From Mariprofundales bacterium (lineage in GTDB: Bacteria > Pseudomonadota > Zetaproteobacteria > Mariprofundales > J009): 64,000 bases of DNA. The stretch covers positions 6,427 to 70,426 of the forward strand of contig JAUZRF010000052.1 in the NCBI GenBank assembly GCA_030950645.1. The letters are read 5' to 3'. Positions 53,127 through 64,000 of this stretch are shown here, one piece after another. The notes under the pieces were generated by a model. That model saw only the letters and a program-made list of their open reading frames with translations. It searched no databases and was not told the origin of the DNA. The stretch's first letter is position 1. Every line of letters begins with the position of its first letter. The translations under genes were made by a program, and so were the position numbers.

Positions 53127-55489
53127 CACTGCTCTATATCGACGGCAACGAGGTGCAGGTAACGCCCGGTACCAGCGTATTGGAAGCATGCCGCAAACAG
53201 GGTGCTGAAGTACCATTCTTCTGTTACCATCCAGAGTTGTCAGTGGCCGCAAATTGCCGCATGTGTTTGGTAGAGATTGAGGGAATGAACAAGCCCGCAG
53301 CCTCCTGCTGCACACCGGTACAAGAGGGGATGAAGGTCACCACCCAGTCGAACACACTGGCCACCGACCGTAAAATGGTGATGGAGTATCTGCTCATCAA
53401 CCATCCACTCGATTGCCCAGTATGCGATGAGGGCGGCGACTGCAAACTACAGGATTACTCCATGACCTATGGCGCCTCCAAAGGCCGTTATAGTGAAAGC
53501 AAACGCAGCGCAATCAACTACGATCTCGGCCCCTTTGTGAACACCTGTATGACCCGCTGCATCCACTGCACCCGTTGCGTCCGCTTTGCCGATGAGATTG
53601 CTGGTACCGGCGATATTGGCATGCTGGGGCGTGGTGATCGCATGCATATCATCGGTATTGTCGAGGAGTGCCTGGAGTCAGAACTCTCCGGCAACCTTCC
53701 CGATATTTGCCCAGTAGGCGCACTGCTGGATGGCCCATCGAATGATCTCTCCCGCCCATGGGAGCTAACCCACCATCAAAGCACCTGCACCCAATGCCCG
53801 CAAGGGTGCGATATCAGCATCGAAACACGCGGCAAAGAGGTGGTGCGCATCAAGCCGCAAGTGGACGGCATTGAGCCTTGGATCTGTGATCGCGGCCGTT
53901 ATGTCTATGATGCTTTCACATCGGATGCACGAATCACACAGCCAAAAATCGGCGAGCCTGGTGCGCTCCAGGTCGCGAGTTGGGATGACGCTACTGATGC
54001 TGCGGTGCAACTCTTGCGCGGGAAAAAGGTGGGCATCATCTGCTCCTCTGATTGGAGTCTTGAGGGGCTAACCGCCATTCGCCTGATGCGCGATGCTGCA
54101 TTCCCAAATGCCAAAGTTGGCTACAGCCTGCATCGGCGCGACGCCCGTCCTTTCGCCTTTGAAGAGGGGTTCGCCATGACCAGTGATCAACTGGAAACGG
54201 TCGATCAGGTGGTGGTACTTGGCTCGGATCTTCGCCAACGCTTACCTCTGGTGATGCAGCGGCTGCGCAAACGCATCAACCACGGAAAACCGGTAGTACG
54301 GATTGGTGCCATGCACTATCGTACCGACTGCAAATTAAGTGCTGACCTGCTGGTGCGACCACGCGATTGGCACGGAGTGATTGCCCGCGCCATGGAACAG
54401 ATGAGCAGCGCGGGAAAGACCGCCGCAGGAATGCAGCAATGGTTGGATGCAGTGGATGAACGCCATGAAGCAGGGAAAGTGTTGGCTGACGCATTGATTA
54501 GCGACTCCTGTGCTCTACTGGTAGGTGAGGAGCTGCGTTCGCATGTCGATGCGGCGGCACTGATCTATGGGCTTGACCTGTTGATGCGCGCTTGCGGTCA
54601 TGCAGAGGCGGACAATGATGGCCGCAACCTGATTCCAGAAGGGATGAATGCGCAAGCATTAACCACCCTATTTGGCGATATCAGCACCAGCGTCGGCACC
54701 CTGCTCGACCAGGCCGCAGATGGTACTCTGGATGCACTATTGCTGATTGGCAGTGACCCCTTGGGGAACGGCCTGTTTCCACAACAATGCAACAACGCCG
54801 TTGCCAGCAGCACCCTGATACAGATTGGAGCCATCGCCGGAGAGATCAGTCGCTACGCCAAGGTACAACTCCCCGTATTGGGGTATGCCGAGGTTGATGG
54901 ATCTTTCATCAACATGGCAGGCCGACTGCGCAAATCAGAGCTTCCTCTCACCCCACCCGAAGAACAAGCGCGCCCATTGTGGAAGGTGATGATGCGGCTA
55001 ACCCAAGCCATGGGGATAGAGGTTCCCGCCATTACGCTTGAGGAGATCCGCACCCATTGCAGCGCAAAATTTCCAGGCTTGGAGCAGGCATGGCAAAGCA
55101 ACATCCGCGACAGTTGGCTCATGCCGACCGCACGGAACAAGAATGCCAAGTCGCTGCCTCGCCCGCATAAGCCATCCAAACAGATGGATATTGTCAGCCG
55201 TTACTCCATGTACCGTGAAGGAGCATGGGTACAGGCTTCGCCACTTCTCGTGGACGCTGCCAAGCTACATGCGCTCGCCGATCTCTTGGTACACCCAGCC
55301 ACACTCCGTGAGATCGGCGCCGCACCTGGCGATGCCGTAACCATCTCCACCTATAGTGGAGAGCATACCTTTCATATCAGTGTGCGTGATGATGTGTCCC
55401 AAGGTGTTCTTTTCGTTGCTAAACGAGGCGTGGCCGGTGGTCTGTCTAGCGAAAGCGAAGCCGATCTTCGCGGTGAGGCTCCCCTCTGA
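53123..55489 (+). CDS. nuoG: NADH-quinone oxidoreductase subunit G
   Basis: N-terminal Fe-S cysteine clusters ([38 protein letters not shown]), followed by a molybdopterin-oxidoreductase-like domain. Confidence 0.93.
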   Translation: MTLLYIDGNEVQVTPGTSVLEACRKQGAEVPFFCYHPELSVAANCRMCLVEIEGMNKPAASCCTPVQEGMKVTTQSNTLATDRKMVMEYLLINHPLDCPVCDEGGDCKLQDYSMTYGASKGRYSESKRSAINYDLGPFVNTCMTRCIHCTRCVRFADEIAGTGDIGMLGRGDRMHIIGIVEECLESELSGNLPDICPVGALLDGPSNDLSRPWELTHHQSTCTQCPQGCDISIETRGKEVVRIKPQVDGIEPWICDRGRYVYDAFTSDARITQPKIGEPGALQVASWDDATDAAVQLLRGKKVGIICSSDWSLEGLTAIRLMRDAAFPNAKVGYSLHRRDARPFAFEEGFAMTSDQLETVDQVVVLGSDLRQRLPLVMQRLRKRINHGKPVVRIGAMHYRTDCKLSADLLVRPRDWHGVIARAMEQMSSAGKTAAGMQQWLDAVDERHEAGKVLADALISDSCALLVGEELRSHVDAAALIYGLDLLMRACGHAEADNDGRNLIPEGMNAQALTTLFGDISTSVGTLLDQAADGTLDALLLIGSDPLGNGLFPQQCNNAVASSTLIQIGAIAGEISRYAKVQLPVLGYAEVDGSFINMAGRLRKSELPLTPPEEQARPLWKVMMRLTQAMGIEVPAITLEEIRTHCSAKFPGLEQAWQSNIRDSWLMPTARNKNAKSLPRPHKPSKQMDIVSRYSMYREGAWVQASPLLVDAAKLHALADLLVHPATLREIGAAPGDAVTISTYSGEHTFHISVRDDVSQGVLFVAKRGVAGGLSSESEADLRGEAPL

Positions 55490-56553
55490 TGAGCCTGTTA
55501 GATATGGCGATTCAGGCCGGCATCTGGGCACTAGAGATCCTCGCTATTACCATTCCCGTTGCGCTATCCGTCGCATATATCACCTACCTCGAACGGCGCG
55601 TGATCGGCTGGATGCAGATCCGTAAAGGGTGCAACCGCGTGGGCTGGGCTGGATTGCTGCAACCCATTGCCGATGGCCTCAAGCTGTTCCTCAAGGAATC
55701 GATCATTCCCACCCACGCCAATAAAGCGCTCTTTGTGGCTGCGCCCGTGTTGGCACTACTGCCGGCACTGGTGGCCTTTGCTGTGATTCCCTTTGGTGAA
55801 ACCGATCTGTTCGGCATCTGGAAAAGTCCTCATCTGATGGCCATTGCCAACCTGAATATCGGTATTCTCTATGTCATGGCGGTGGGTTCGCTGGCAATCT
55901 ATGGCATTCTACTCGCTGGCTGGGCATCCAACTCCAAATACGCCTTGATTGGCGCCGTGCGCTCCACCTGCCAAATGGTCTCCTACGAGGTCTCAATGGG
56001 CTTTGCTATTGTCTGCGTACTCATGCTAGCTGGCTCGATGAATTTGGGGGATATCGTCAACGCGCAGGCCGGAGGGTTCTGGCACTGGTATATCATTCCG
56101 CTATTTCCGATGTTCCTAGTCTATTTCATCTCAGGATGTGCCGAGACCAACCGCTCGCCATTCGACCTTCCTGAAGGGGAGTCTGAGATTGTCGCTGGAT
56201 TCTTTGTGGAGTACTCCGGCATGTGGTTTGCCACCTTCTCCCTAGCGGAATACGCCGCCATGATTCTGATCAGCCTGATGACCAGCATCATGTTTATGGG
56301 CGGATGGCACGCGCCAATCCCCGCACTCGATTTCATCCCCGGCACCCTATGGCTGTTGGGGAAAACGCTGTTCTTTATTTTCCTCTTCATCTGGTTCCGC
56401 GCCACCTTTCCGCGCTACCGGTACGATCAGCTGATGCGCTTAGGCTGGAAGGTGTTCCTACCCTGCACTCTGGTCTGGATTGCGGTACTCGGAATTGCCA
56501 CCTATACCCCAGGTCTTTCCACCATTATCGGGTTCTGGCAGCCGTGGAGGTGA
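55489..56553 (+). CDS. nuoH: NADH-quinone oxidoreductase subunit H
   Basis: ND1-like polytopic protein with [23 protein letters not shown]. Confidence 0.94.
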   Translation: MSLLDMAIQAGIWALEILAITIPVALSVAYITYLERRVIGWMQIRKGCNRVGWAGLLQPIADGLKLFLKESIIPTHANKALFVAAPVLALLPALVAFAVIPFGETDLFGIWKSPHLMAIANLNIGILYVMAVGSLAIYGILLAGWASNSKYALIGAVRSTCQMVSYEVSMGFAIVCVLMLAGSMNLGDIVNAQAGGFWHWYIIPLFPMFLVYFISGCAETNRSPFDLPEGESEIVAGFFVEYSGMWFATFSLAEYAAMILISLMTSIMFMGGWHAPIPALDFIPGTLWLLGKTLFFIFLFIWFRATFPRYRYDQLMRLGWKVFLPCTLVWIAVLGIATYTPGLSTIIGFWQPWR

Positions 56554-56558
56554 TGTAA

Positions 56559-57047
56559 GTGTCTCTAGTCCAACGAGGAATAAAAACTTGGCTCCTTACC
56601 GAGCTGCTACGCGGCCTCATGCTTACTGGCAAGTACATGTTCAAAAAGAAGATTACGGTGGAGTATCCCGAAGAGCGCACCCCGCTATCACCCCGTTTCC
56701 GTGGCCTGCACGCACTGCGTCGCTATGATGATGGGGAAGAGCGTTGCATTGCTTGTAAGCTCTGCGAGGTGGTATGCCCGGCACTGGCGATTCTCATCGA
56801 GTCTGAAGAACGGGACGATGGTAGTCGCCGCACGACCCGCTACGACATTGACCTGACCAAATGTATCTTCTGCGGCTTCTGTCAGGAGGCGTGTCCGGTA
56901 GATGCGATCGTGGAGACGCAGGAATTTGAGTATGCCACAGAAAATCGCGCCAACCTCTACTACACCAAAGAGATGTTGCTTGAAGTAGGCGAACGCTACA
57001 AATCACAAATCAGCGCCAATATTGCTGCTGATGCCAAATACCGGTAA
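56559..57047 (+). CDS. nuoI: NADH-quinone oxidoreductase subunit I
   Basis: Two 4Fe-4S ferredoxin motifs, [12 protein letters not shown] and [12 protein letters not shown]. It has a GTG start. Confidence 0.94.
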   Translation: MSLVQRGIKTWLLTELLRGLMLTGKYMFKKKITVEYPEERTPLSPRFRGLHALRRYDDGEERCIACKLCEVVCPALAILIESEERDDGSRRTTRYDIDLTKCIFCGFCQEACPVDAIVETQEFEYATENRANLYYTKEMLLEVGERYKSQISANIAADAKYR

Positions 57048-57053
57048 CGCCTG

Positions 57054-57638
57054 ATGCTAGAATCCATCTTCTTCTATCTTTTCGGCGGACTGGCCACCAT
57101 CGGCGCCTTGCTGGTGGTGCTATCACGCAATCCGATGCACTCGGTAATGTGGCTGATTTTCTGCTTTTTCAATGCTGCGGGTCTGTTTTTCCTGCTTGAT
57201 GCTGAATTTATCGGTATCATCACCATTCTGATTTATGTCGGAGCGGTGATGGTGCTGTTCATCTTTGTCATCATCATGCTAGAGGTCAATGTTGCCCGTA
57301 TGCGCGAAGGCTTTCTGCACCACCTTCCCCTCGGTGGCATGATCGCAATGCTGGTATTCATCGAAATGGCCAGCGCCGGCTTTAGCGGCGTATTTAGCGC
57401 TGAACAGATGGGGACGGCGGTTCATCTTGGGCAAGAGGTCAATAACACGGCCGAGATTGGCAAAGAGCTCTACACCCATTATCTGCTTGGATTTGAGCTG
57501 GCGGCAATTATTCTGCTAGCGGCACTGGTAGGCTCGGTGGTACTCACTATACGAAGCCGTAAAGATGCCAAATATCAGAATATTCCTGCCCAAATTGCCG
57601 TGAAGAAAAGCGATCGTTTGCGCAAAGTGAGGATGTAA
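57054..57638 (+). CDS. nuoJ: NADH-quinone oxidoreductase subunit J
   Basis: ND6-like membrane protein at the expected operon position. It contains the conserved [16 protein letters not shown] segment. Confidence 0.9.
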   Translation: MLESIFFYLFGGLATIGALLVVLSRNPMHSVMWLIFCFFNAAGLFFLLDAEFIGIITILIYVGAVMVLFIFVIIMLEVNVARMREGFLHHLPLGGMIAMLVFIEMASAGFSGVFSAEQMGTAVHLGQEVNNTAEIGKELYTHYLLGFELAAIILLAALVGSVVLTIRSRKDAKYQNIPAQIAVKKSDRLRKVRM

Positions 57639-57642
57639 ACTG

Positions 57643-57948
57643 ATGGTTCCACTCTCCCACTACCTGCTCATTGGTGCCGCACTCTTTTCGATTGGCATCG
57701 TCGGCCTGTTTCTCAACCGCAAAAATGTGATTACCATCCTGATGTGCATCGAGTTGATCCTACTGGCGGTCAATATCAATTTCGTGGCCTTTTCTCACTT
57801 TTTAAACGATCTGGGTGGACAGATATTTGTCTTCTTCGTTCTCACCATTGCCGCCAGTGAAGTAGCGGTAGGGTTAGCCATACTGATGGCATTCTACCGA
57901 CTGCGCCGTTCAATCAATGTTGAAGACCTCAACACACTACAGGGATAA
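57643..57948 (+). CDS. nuoK: NADH-quinone oxidoreductase subunit K
   Basis: 101-aa 3-TM ND4L-like protein ([23 protein letters not shown]). Confidence 0.93.
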   Translation: MVPLSHYLLIGAALFSIGIVGLFLNRKNVITILMCIELILLAVNINFVAFSHFLNDLGGQIFVFFVLTIAASEVAVGLAILMAFYRLRRSINVEDLNTLQG

Positions 57949-57954
57949 CAGCGA

Positions 57955-59946
57955 ATGGTGACCACACATGCAACCTTGAGCAGCGTCGAATTGCTTGCCA
58001 TTCCCCTGCTGCCGCTGCTCGCTGCGCTGGTGGTCGGCCTTGGCGGCAAGGTGCTCAAAGAGCAGCTATCGCACTGGATCTGCTGTGTCGGGGTGATTTT
58101 GTCGGCGCTGTTATCGATCCATATCTTCTCACAGGTAGCAGATGGCGCCAGTTTTTATGGTAATTTCTGGACATGGATCGTCTCCGGAAAACTGATCATT
58201 CCCGTCGGCATGATGATCGACCAATTGACTGCCGTCATGATGATTACGGTCACCATTGTCGCCGCGTGTGTCCATGTCTACACCATTGGCTACATGCATG
58301 GCGATCCCGGTTACACCCGTTTCTTCGCCTACATCTCCGCCTTCACCTTCGCCATGCTGGTGCTGATCATGGGCAATAACTTTTTCACCCTCTTCTTCGG
58401 CTGGGAGGGTGTTGGACTGATCTCCTACCTGCTGATCGGTTTTTGGTTCAAGCGCGAGCGCGCCAATGTGGCGGCGATGAAGGCGTTTATCGTTAATCGT
58501 ATCGGCGATTTTGGTTTTATTATCGGGATGATTGCCATCTGGCACTACTTTGGCACCCTTGATTATCATGAAGTATTTGCCGCCATGCCCGTCTTTCTAG
58601 CACACCATTACGCACTGAACCTAGGCAGTTGGGAAGTCTCTGCCATCACCTTTATCTGTGTCGCACTATTTATTGGTGCCATGGGAAAAAGTGCCCAGGT
58701 TCCCCTGCATGTCTGGCTCCCCGACTCCATGGAGGGGCCGACACCAATCTCCGCCCTGATCCATGCCGCCACCATGGTTACTGCAGGTATTTTCATGGTG
58801 GCGCGCCTGTCGCCGCTATTTGAGTTCTCCGATACGGCACTCGCATTTGTCACCATTACGGGCGCACTCACCGCTTGGATCTGTGCTACCATCGGTCTGG
58901 TGCAAAACGATATCAAACGCGTCATCGCCTACTCCACCTGTTCGCAATTGGGCTATATGTTTGTCGCCTGTGGGGTATCCGCATACGGGGCAGGGATCTT
59001 CCACCTCATGACCCATGCCTGGTTCAAAGGACTGCTCTTTCTAGCTGCTGGTTCAGTGATCCACGGCGTAATGGCTGATCAGGATATCCGCCGCATGGGG
59101 CAACTGCGTAAGTACATGCCGATCACCTACATCACCATGTTGATCGGCGCGCTGGCGCTATCCGGCATTCCCCCCTTCGCCGGCTTCTGGTCCAAGGACT
59201 TAATCATTGAGGCCACCTCGGTACGACATATGGGATGGGTCAGTGAATTTGCCTATTGGGCTCTGCTCAGCGGCGTATTCTTCACCGCATTCTACACCTT
59301 CCGCATGTTCTTTCTTACCTTCCACAACTCAGATCGCGTACCGCAGAAAACCAAGCCTCACCTTCATGAATCCCCCAAGGTCATCACCATACCCTTGATG
59401 ATTCTCGCCGCTGGTGCAGCGCTCACTGGTTGGTGGGGTGCGAAGGTGCTCAACCTGCCTGGAGAGGGGGGCGAAAGCTTTTTCGGTCATAGCATCTTCG
59501 TGCTGCCGCAACACAATCCGATGATCACACTGGAGGTAATGGAGCAGAGCCATACTACCGGTCTCTGGCTAGAATCGGGAGCGGTAATTTTCGCATTGAC
59601 TGGGATTGCACTGGCTTGGATTATGTATTTCAAGCCCTCCACCATACCCGCCAAAATGGCCAAAAGCTTCCCTGCATTGCACCAGTTCTTGCTCGATAAA
59701 TGGCGCTTTGATGAGCTCTATTGGAGCATCTTCGTCATGCCTGCACGCAACATCGGCACTTGGCTGTGGCAACAGGCCGATTTGGCCGCTATCGACAAAG
59801 GCATCATTCATGGTGGCATCATTAATGGCATTACTGTCGCTGCCCGCAAGTTGCGAGAGATGCAGACCGGCATGGTCTACCACTACGCATACGCCATGGT
59901 CATCGGTCTGTTCGGCCTCCTTACCTGGCTGGCTCTGGGGAACTAA
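57955..59946 (+). CDS. nuoL: NADH-quinone oxidoreductase subunit L
   Basis: 663-aa ND5-like antiporter subunit (FGWEGVGLISYLLIGFW, GKSAQVPLHVWLPDSMEGPTPISALIHAATMVTAG). Confidence 0.95.
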   Translation: MVTTHATLSSVELLAIPLLPLLAALVVGLGGKVLKEQLSHWICCVGVILSALLSIHIFSQVADGASFYGNFWTWIVSGKLIIPVGMMIDQLTAVMMITVTIVAACVHVYTIGYMHGDPGYTRFFAYISAFTFAMLVLIMGNNFFTLFFGWEGVGLISYLLIGFWFKRERANVAAMKAFIVNRIGDFGFIIGMIAIWHYFGTLDYHEVFAAMPVFLAHHYALNLGSWEVSAITFICVALFIGAMGKSAQVPLHVWLPDSMEGPTPISALIHAATMVTAGIFMVARLSPLFEFSDTALAFVTITGALTAWICATIGLVQNDIKRVIAYSTCSQLGYMFVACGVSAYGAGIFHLMTHAWFKGLLFLAAGSVIHGVMADQDIRRMGQLRKYMPITYITMLIGALALSGIPPFAGFWSKDLIIEATSVRHMGWVSEFAYWALLSGVFFTAFYTFRMFFLTFHNSDRVPQKTKPHLHESPKVITIPLMILAAGAALTGWWGAKVLNLPGEGGESFFGHSIFVLPQHNPMITLEVMEQSHTTGLWLESGAVIFALTGIALAWIMYFKPSTIPAKMAKSFPALHQFLLDKWRFDELYWSIFVMPARNIGTWLWQQADLAAIDKGIIHGGIINGITVAARKLREMQTGMVYHYAYAMVIGLFGLLTWLALGN

Positions 59947-61527
59947 ATGGCACTGCACAATGTTTTAGGTATGCCCATTCTTAGCGCAAGTATCTTCTTG
60001 CCTACCATTGGTGCCATCGCCATCTGGCTATTGGCCCGTAACGACAATCAGGTGCGGTGGAGCGCACTGGCAGTCTCCATTGCCACCTTCCTGCTCACCT
60101 TGCCTTTGGCATTCTCCTTCGACACCTCAACGGCACATATGCAGTTTGAAGAGATGCACCCCTGGATTGCTAGTTTCCATGTCAATTACCACCTCGGTGT
60201 TGATGGCATCTCAATGCCATTCATCCTGCTAACCAGCCTGCTGACCATTATCTGCATCGTCTCTGCTTGGAAATGCATTCAGAAACGGGTGCGCGAGTAC
60301 ATGATCGCATTCCTCATCCTAGAGACCACCCTGATCGGTGTCTTTGCCTCCCTTGATGCCATCCTGTTTTACTTCTTCTGGGAAGCCATGCTGGTGCCGA
60401 TGTTCCTCATTATCGGCATCTGGGGCGGGAAAAACCGGGTCTATGCCACCCTCAAGTTTTTCCTCTACACCTTCGCCGGTTCCGTGCTCATGCTGGTTGC
60501 CCTGCTCGCCATGTATTTCAAGGCAGGACATACCTTTGAAATACTTGATTTCATGAAGTATCCTTTTGATTTCACTTGGCAGATTTGGATATGGATCGGT
60601 TTCTTCGTGGCGTTTGCCGTGAAGGTGCCGATGTGGCCAGTACATACTTGGCTACCTGATGCCCATACCGAAGCACCTACAGCTGGCTCGGTGATCCTAG
60701 CAGGTATTCTGCTTAAAATGGGCGCATACGGCTTCCTGCGCTTCTCGCTACCTATCTGTCCAGATGCGTCACAATACTTTGTGCCACTGATGGTAGGCTT
60801 AAGTCTCATTGCCATTATCTACATCTCGCTGGTCGCGATGATGCAACAGGATATGAAGCGACTGATCGCCTACTCCTCGATTGCCCACATGGGGTTCATC
60901 ACCTTGGGAATCTTTATGTTTACCCAACAGGCAGTTGAAGGCGCGGTGATCAACATGATCAGCCACGGTTTTGTTGCAGGCGCACTCTTCCTCTGCGTCG
61001 GTGTAATGTATGATCGCATGCACACCCGCGAGATTGCTGCCTACGGTGGCATCGCCAATGTCATGCCGAAATTCGCCTTGGTGATGATGCTATTCGTGAT
61101 GGCCAATGTCGCTCTGCCTGGTGCCTCCTCTTTTATTGGTGAGGTGATGGTATTGATCGGCACCTTCAATGCGGATCCAACCTATCTTGGCTTCTCTCCC
61201 AAGTGGATCGCCATTGCCGCAGCAGTCAGCGTCGTGCTATCCGCCTGCTACACCCTATGGATGTACAAACGGGTGGTCTTCGGCACCATCACCAATGATG
61301 CCGTGAAAGCCATGCCCGATATGAGTATGCGTGAGATTGGCTACTTCCTGCCACTCATTGGTTTGGTGCTCTGGATGGGGCTCTACCCGATACCGGTGCT
61401 GGATCTGCTGCATACCACCGTCTCCCACTTGGTCGCTCAGGCCACCAGTAGCAAATTGCCTGCGGCAGAGATCATTGCTCAGGTTCAAGCCGCCGTGAGC
61501 GTCTTACACCATCCGATCGGGATGTGA
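59947..61527 (+). CDS. nuoM: NADH-quinone oxidoreductase subunit M
   Basis: ND4-like (FAVKVPMWPVHTWLPDAHTEAPTAGSVILAGILLKMG). Confidence 0.95.
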   Translation: MALHNVLGMPILSASIFLPTIGAIAIWLLARNDNQVRWSALAVSIATFLLTLPLAFSFDTSTAHMQFEEMHPWIASFHVNYHLGVDGISMPFILLTSLLTIICIVSAWKCIQKRVREYMIAFLILETTLIGVFASLDAILFYFFWEAMLVPMFLIIGIWGGKNRVYATLKFFLYTFAGSVLMLVALLAMYFKAGHTFEILDFMKYPFDFTWQIWIWIGFFVAFAVKVPMWPVHTWLPDAHTEAPTAGSVILAGILLKMGAYGFLRFSLPICPDASQYFVPLMVGLSLIAIIYISLVAMMQQDMKRLIAYSSIAHMGFITLGIFMFTQQAVEGAVINMISHGFVAGALFLCVGVMYDRMHTREIAAYGGIANVMPKFALVMMLFVMANVALPGASSFIGEVMVLIGTFNADPTYLGFSPKWIAIAAAVSVVLSACYTLWMYKRVVFGTITNDAVKAMPDMSMREIGYFLPLIGLVLWMGLYPIPVLDLLHTTVSHLVAQATSSKLPAAEIIAQVQAAVSVLHHPIGM

Positions 61528-61535
61528 GGTAACCA

Positions 61536-63002
61536 TTGTCCAAGATCTCTTTCCCATACCCATTTCCTGAGCACCTATCCATCATCGTGCCGGAGATGTT
61601 TATCGCCGTCATGGCGATGACCGTACTGCTATGGTCGCTTTTTTTACCCAAAGAAAAAAATTACATCGCCGCCTGGATGGCTGCCTCTGCCTGCGCTGCT
61701 GCCATTCCGCTCCTGTTGTCGCAAGCGGGTGCGATTGGCCTCACCACCTTCTATGGCTTCTTTATTTTGGATGCGTTTGCCGTCTATGCCAAGCTCATTC
61801 TGCTGCTCACCAGCATCTTTGCCATCGTGATGTCGATCGATTTTATGAAAAAAGAGGCCAATGCTGGCGAATATTATGCGATGATTCTCTTTGCGGTGCT
61901 GGGGATGATGTTCATGATCTCCGCCGCCAATCTGGTAATGATGTACCTCAGCATGGAGTTAATGGCACTGAGCGTCTATGTGCTGGTCGCCTATCAGCGC
62001 GAAGTCGTTCGCTCATCCGAGGCCGCACTGAAATACTTCATCCTCGGCTCACTTGCCTCAGGCATCATGCTCTACGGCATGAGTTTTCTCTACGGCGTCA
62101 CTGGCCAATTTGATTTCCAGGCGATCGGCATCGCCCTCCAAGGTGTGGGTCACAACGGCCATTTGGCAGTGATGGTGGGCATGCTGTTTGTGATTGTCGG
62201 TCTGGCCTTCAAGCTTTCAGCCGCCCCCTTTCATATGTGGACCCCAGATGCCTATGAAGGCGCCCCTACCCCGGTAACCGCCTTTATGTCGGTGGCACCA
62301 AAAATCGCTGCCTTTGCCCTATTTATCCGTTTTCTTGTCGAGGCATTGCCTGCGGTACAGCATGAGTACATCCCTATATTAACTGGTCTAGCACTGTTGA
62401 CCATGGCAGTGGGAAATATCGCCGCCATCGCCCAACGCAACATCAAACGCATGCTGGCCTACTCCACCATTGGCCATGTCGGTTTCGCCCTGCTCGGACT
62501 GATCGCAGCCAATGCCGATGGCTATGCCGGTGTATTGACCTACCTCACCATCTACCTGTTCATGAACATGGGTATTTTTGCCATCATCATTCTCATGCGC
62601 GGCAAGGACGGCTTTAAAGGCGAGCTGATTGATGACTACGCCGGCATGTCCCAAAAGCGGCCAATCTATGCACTGGCCATGGCTCTGCTCCTGCTGTCGC
62701 TGGCAGGCATCCCGTTCCTCGGCGGCTTCTGGGCTAAGTATGCAGTGTTTATTGCCGCAATAGAGGCGGGCCATGTGGTGTTGGCTCTGATTGCACTGCT
62801 CTTCTCGGTGGTGGGCGCGTTCTACTACCTGAGAATTATCAAATATATCTACTTTGATCAACCCCGAGGGGAGTTCGAAATCTCAGACAACAGTACCATG
62901 CAGGTCATTGTCACTGTATGCACCATCATGGTAGTGGTGCTCGGCCTATTCCCCGGCCCGCTAATGGAGTTGTGCCACCAAGCCTTAATCGGCTTGGTAT
63001 AA
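61536..63002 (+). CDS. nuoN: NADH-quinone oxidoreductase subunit N
   Basis: ND2-like (FKLSAAPFHMWTPDAYEGAPTPVTAFM). It is the last gene of the operon. Confidence 0.94.
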   Translation: MSKISFPYPFPEHLSIIVPEMFIAVMAMTVLLWSLFLPKEKNYIAAWMAASACAAAIPLLLSQAGAIGLTTFYGFFILDAFAVYAKLILLLTSIFAIVMSIDFMKKEANAGEYYAMILFAVLGMMFMISAANLVMMYLSMELMALSVYVLVAYQREVVRSSEAALKYFILGSLASGIMLYGMSFLYGVTGQFDFQAIGIALQGVGHNGHLAVMVGMLFVIVGLAFKLSAAPFHMWTPDAYEGAPTPVTAFMSVAPKIAAFALFIRFLVEALPAVQHEYIPILTGLALLTMAVGNIAAIAQRNIKRMLAYSTIGHVGFALLGLIAANADGYAGVLTYLTIYLFMNMGIFAIIILMRGKDGFKGELIDDYAGMSQKRPIYALAMALLLLSLAGIPFLGGFWAKYAVFIAAIEAGHVVLALIALLFSVVGAFYYLRIIKYIYFDQPRGEFEISDNSTMQVIVTVCTIMVVVLGLFPGPLMELCHQALIGLV

Positions 63003-63050
63003 GCTCAATCCATTTGGCTCAATTGATTTGCCGCGCTCGCCTCTGCTCGC

Positions 63051-64000
63051 CTAATCAGGCTTCCCGAACAGCCGCCGCAACCGCTCGGCAATCCCATCCG
63101 CATCCAGCCCTAAATCTCGCAAGATCTCCGTCTGAGTTCCGTGCTCGGGGAAACGGTCGGGTATAGCCAAATGGGCAAAGGCTCCCTGCCAGCCATGCGA
63201 CAAAGCCAATGCTGCAATCTGCTCGCCAACGCCACCCTGACGACTCCCCTCCTCAACCACCATTAGCGGCCTCCCTGGGGTCAGATGCTCAAGAATACCT
63301 ACCTCATCCAAGGGCTTCACAAAGCGCAAGTTGAGCACGGTACAAGCCCTCCCCACCTGATCAATCGCGGTCAGCACATCCGCACATCGGGTACCAACGC
63401 TAATCACCAGTGCATCTTCACCCTGACGCAACAACTCGACCTTGCCTTGCGCAATCGGCGCCGCACCGCCATCCGCTTCATCACAGATAGACCCGCGCGG
63501 ATAACGAATTGCCGTTGGCCCTTCAATGGCAAAGGCATGTGCAAGCATCAGCTCCAACTCGCCCCCACTGCGCGGAGCCATGATCGTGATGCCGGGCAGA
63601 CAGCGCAAAAATGCGATATCAAAGGTTCCACTATGGGTAGCGCCATCTGCCCCTACCACTCCGGCACGATCCATACACAGCACCACCGGCAAGCCCTGAA
63701 TGCAGATATCGTGAATGATTTGGTCATACGCGCGCTGCATAAAAGTCGAGTAGATCGCCACTACCGGCCGCATCCCCGCTGCCGCCAACCCCGCTGCAAA
63801 GGTGGTCGCATGTTGCTCGGCAATACCAACATCAAAACAGCGCTCGGGATGGTGTTTGGCAAATAGGCTTAGTCCTGTTCCCCCCGGCATCGCCGCAGTG
63901 ATCGCCACAATGCGCGGGTCGGTGTCCGCCAGTTTGGTTAGCGCACCAGCAAACACCTTGGTGTAGCTCATCACCCCGCTACTACGAATCGGCTCGCCGG
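63051..64000 (-). CDS. dxs: 1-deoxy-D-xylulose-5-phosphate synthase (3' portion; 5' end outside window)
   Basis: It aligns by eye with the C-terminal half of E. coli Dxs (FDVGIAEQHATTFAAGLA, IYSTFMQRAYDQIIHD, DRAGVVGADGATHSG, RFVKPLD). The frame stays open through base 64000. Confidence 0.92.
   Translation of the reverse strand, partial: GEPIRSSGVMSYTKVFAGALTKLADTDPRIVAITAAMPGGTGLSLFAKHHPERCFDVGIAEQHATTFAAGLAAAGMRPVVAIYSTFMQRAYDQIIHDICIQGLPVVLCMDRAGVVGADGATHSGTFDIAFLRCLPGITIMAPRSGGELELMLAHAFAIEGPTAIRYPRGSICDEADGGAAPIAQGKVELLRQGEDALVISVGTRCADVLTAIDQVGRACTVLNLRFVKPLDEVGILEHLTPGRPLMVVEEGSRQGGVGEQIAALALSHGWQGAFAHLAIPDRFPEHGTQTEILRDLGLDADGIAERLRRLFGKPD

Noticed and set aside
63285-63866. 193-aa plus-strand ORF
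   Set aside because: It is antisense to dxs, which aligns convincingly with E. coli Dxs on the minus strand.
1-64000. A search for a novel multi-gene defence, secretion or biosynthetic system
   Set aside because: Every large ORF could be assigned to a housekeeping, envelope or signalling family. I saw no nucleases, toxins, phage genes, transposases or unexplained multi-gene blocks. I therefore do not claim a new protein-coding system. The non-coding element family is the strongest candidate for novelty.

Overview
This window is mostly a conserved core chromosome segment from a moderately GC-rich Gram-negative (proteobacterium-like) genome, not an obvious accessory island. The order of content is as follows.

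- trkH (5'-truncated) and mutS.
- An LPS-core-type cluster: DUF3108, an ICMT-like methyltransferase, a GT9 heptosyltransferase-like gene, a NodU/CmcH carbamoyltransferase, an uncharacterised 361-aa protein and a GT2 gene, followed by bioC.
- Two translationally coupled hybrid sensor kinases on the minus strand.
- A decayed locus holding a DUF4143-ATPase gene fragment.
- mfd, serB, hflD, a HAD phosphatase, a class IV aminotransferase, a PBP5/6-type carboxypeptidase and tRNA-Asn.
- cimA, coaE, a third hybrid kinase with a periplasmic solute-binding domain, an orphan sucA and a Methyltransf_16-like methyltransferase.
- An iron module (fur-like gene, FTR1 permease, bolA, grxD).
- A complete permease-less regulatory PTS locus (rpoN-hpf-ptsN-hprK-rapZ-EIIA(Man)-HPr-ptsI).
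- lon, htpX, a TauE/SafE exporter, rplM-rpsI, the full 14-gene nuoA-N operon and the 3' part of dxs.

I found no CRISPR array, prophage, defence genes or transposase. The most novel signal is non-coding. It is a dispersed family of palindromic MITE-like elements with a core of about 122 bp and a 153-bp long form.

- There are at least 8 copies or remnants in 64 kb.
- Two copies are flanked by perfect 8-bp target-site duplications.
- One copy supplies a stop codon and breaks an ancestral ATGA gene overlap.
- One copy sits inside the rplM-rpsI operon.
- All four full copies carry a conserved promoter-like motif oriented co-directionally with the downstream gene.

All functional calls come from reading motifs in the supplied translations. 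No database search, RNA folding or covariance model could be run.
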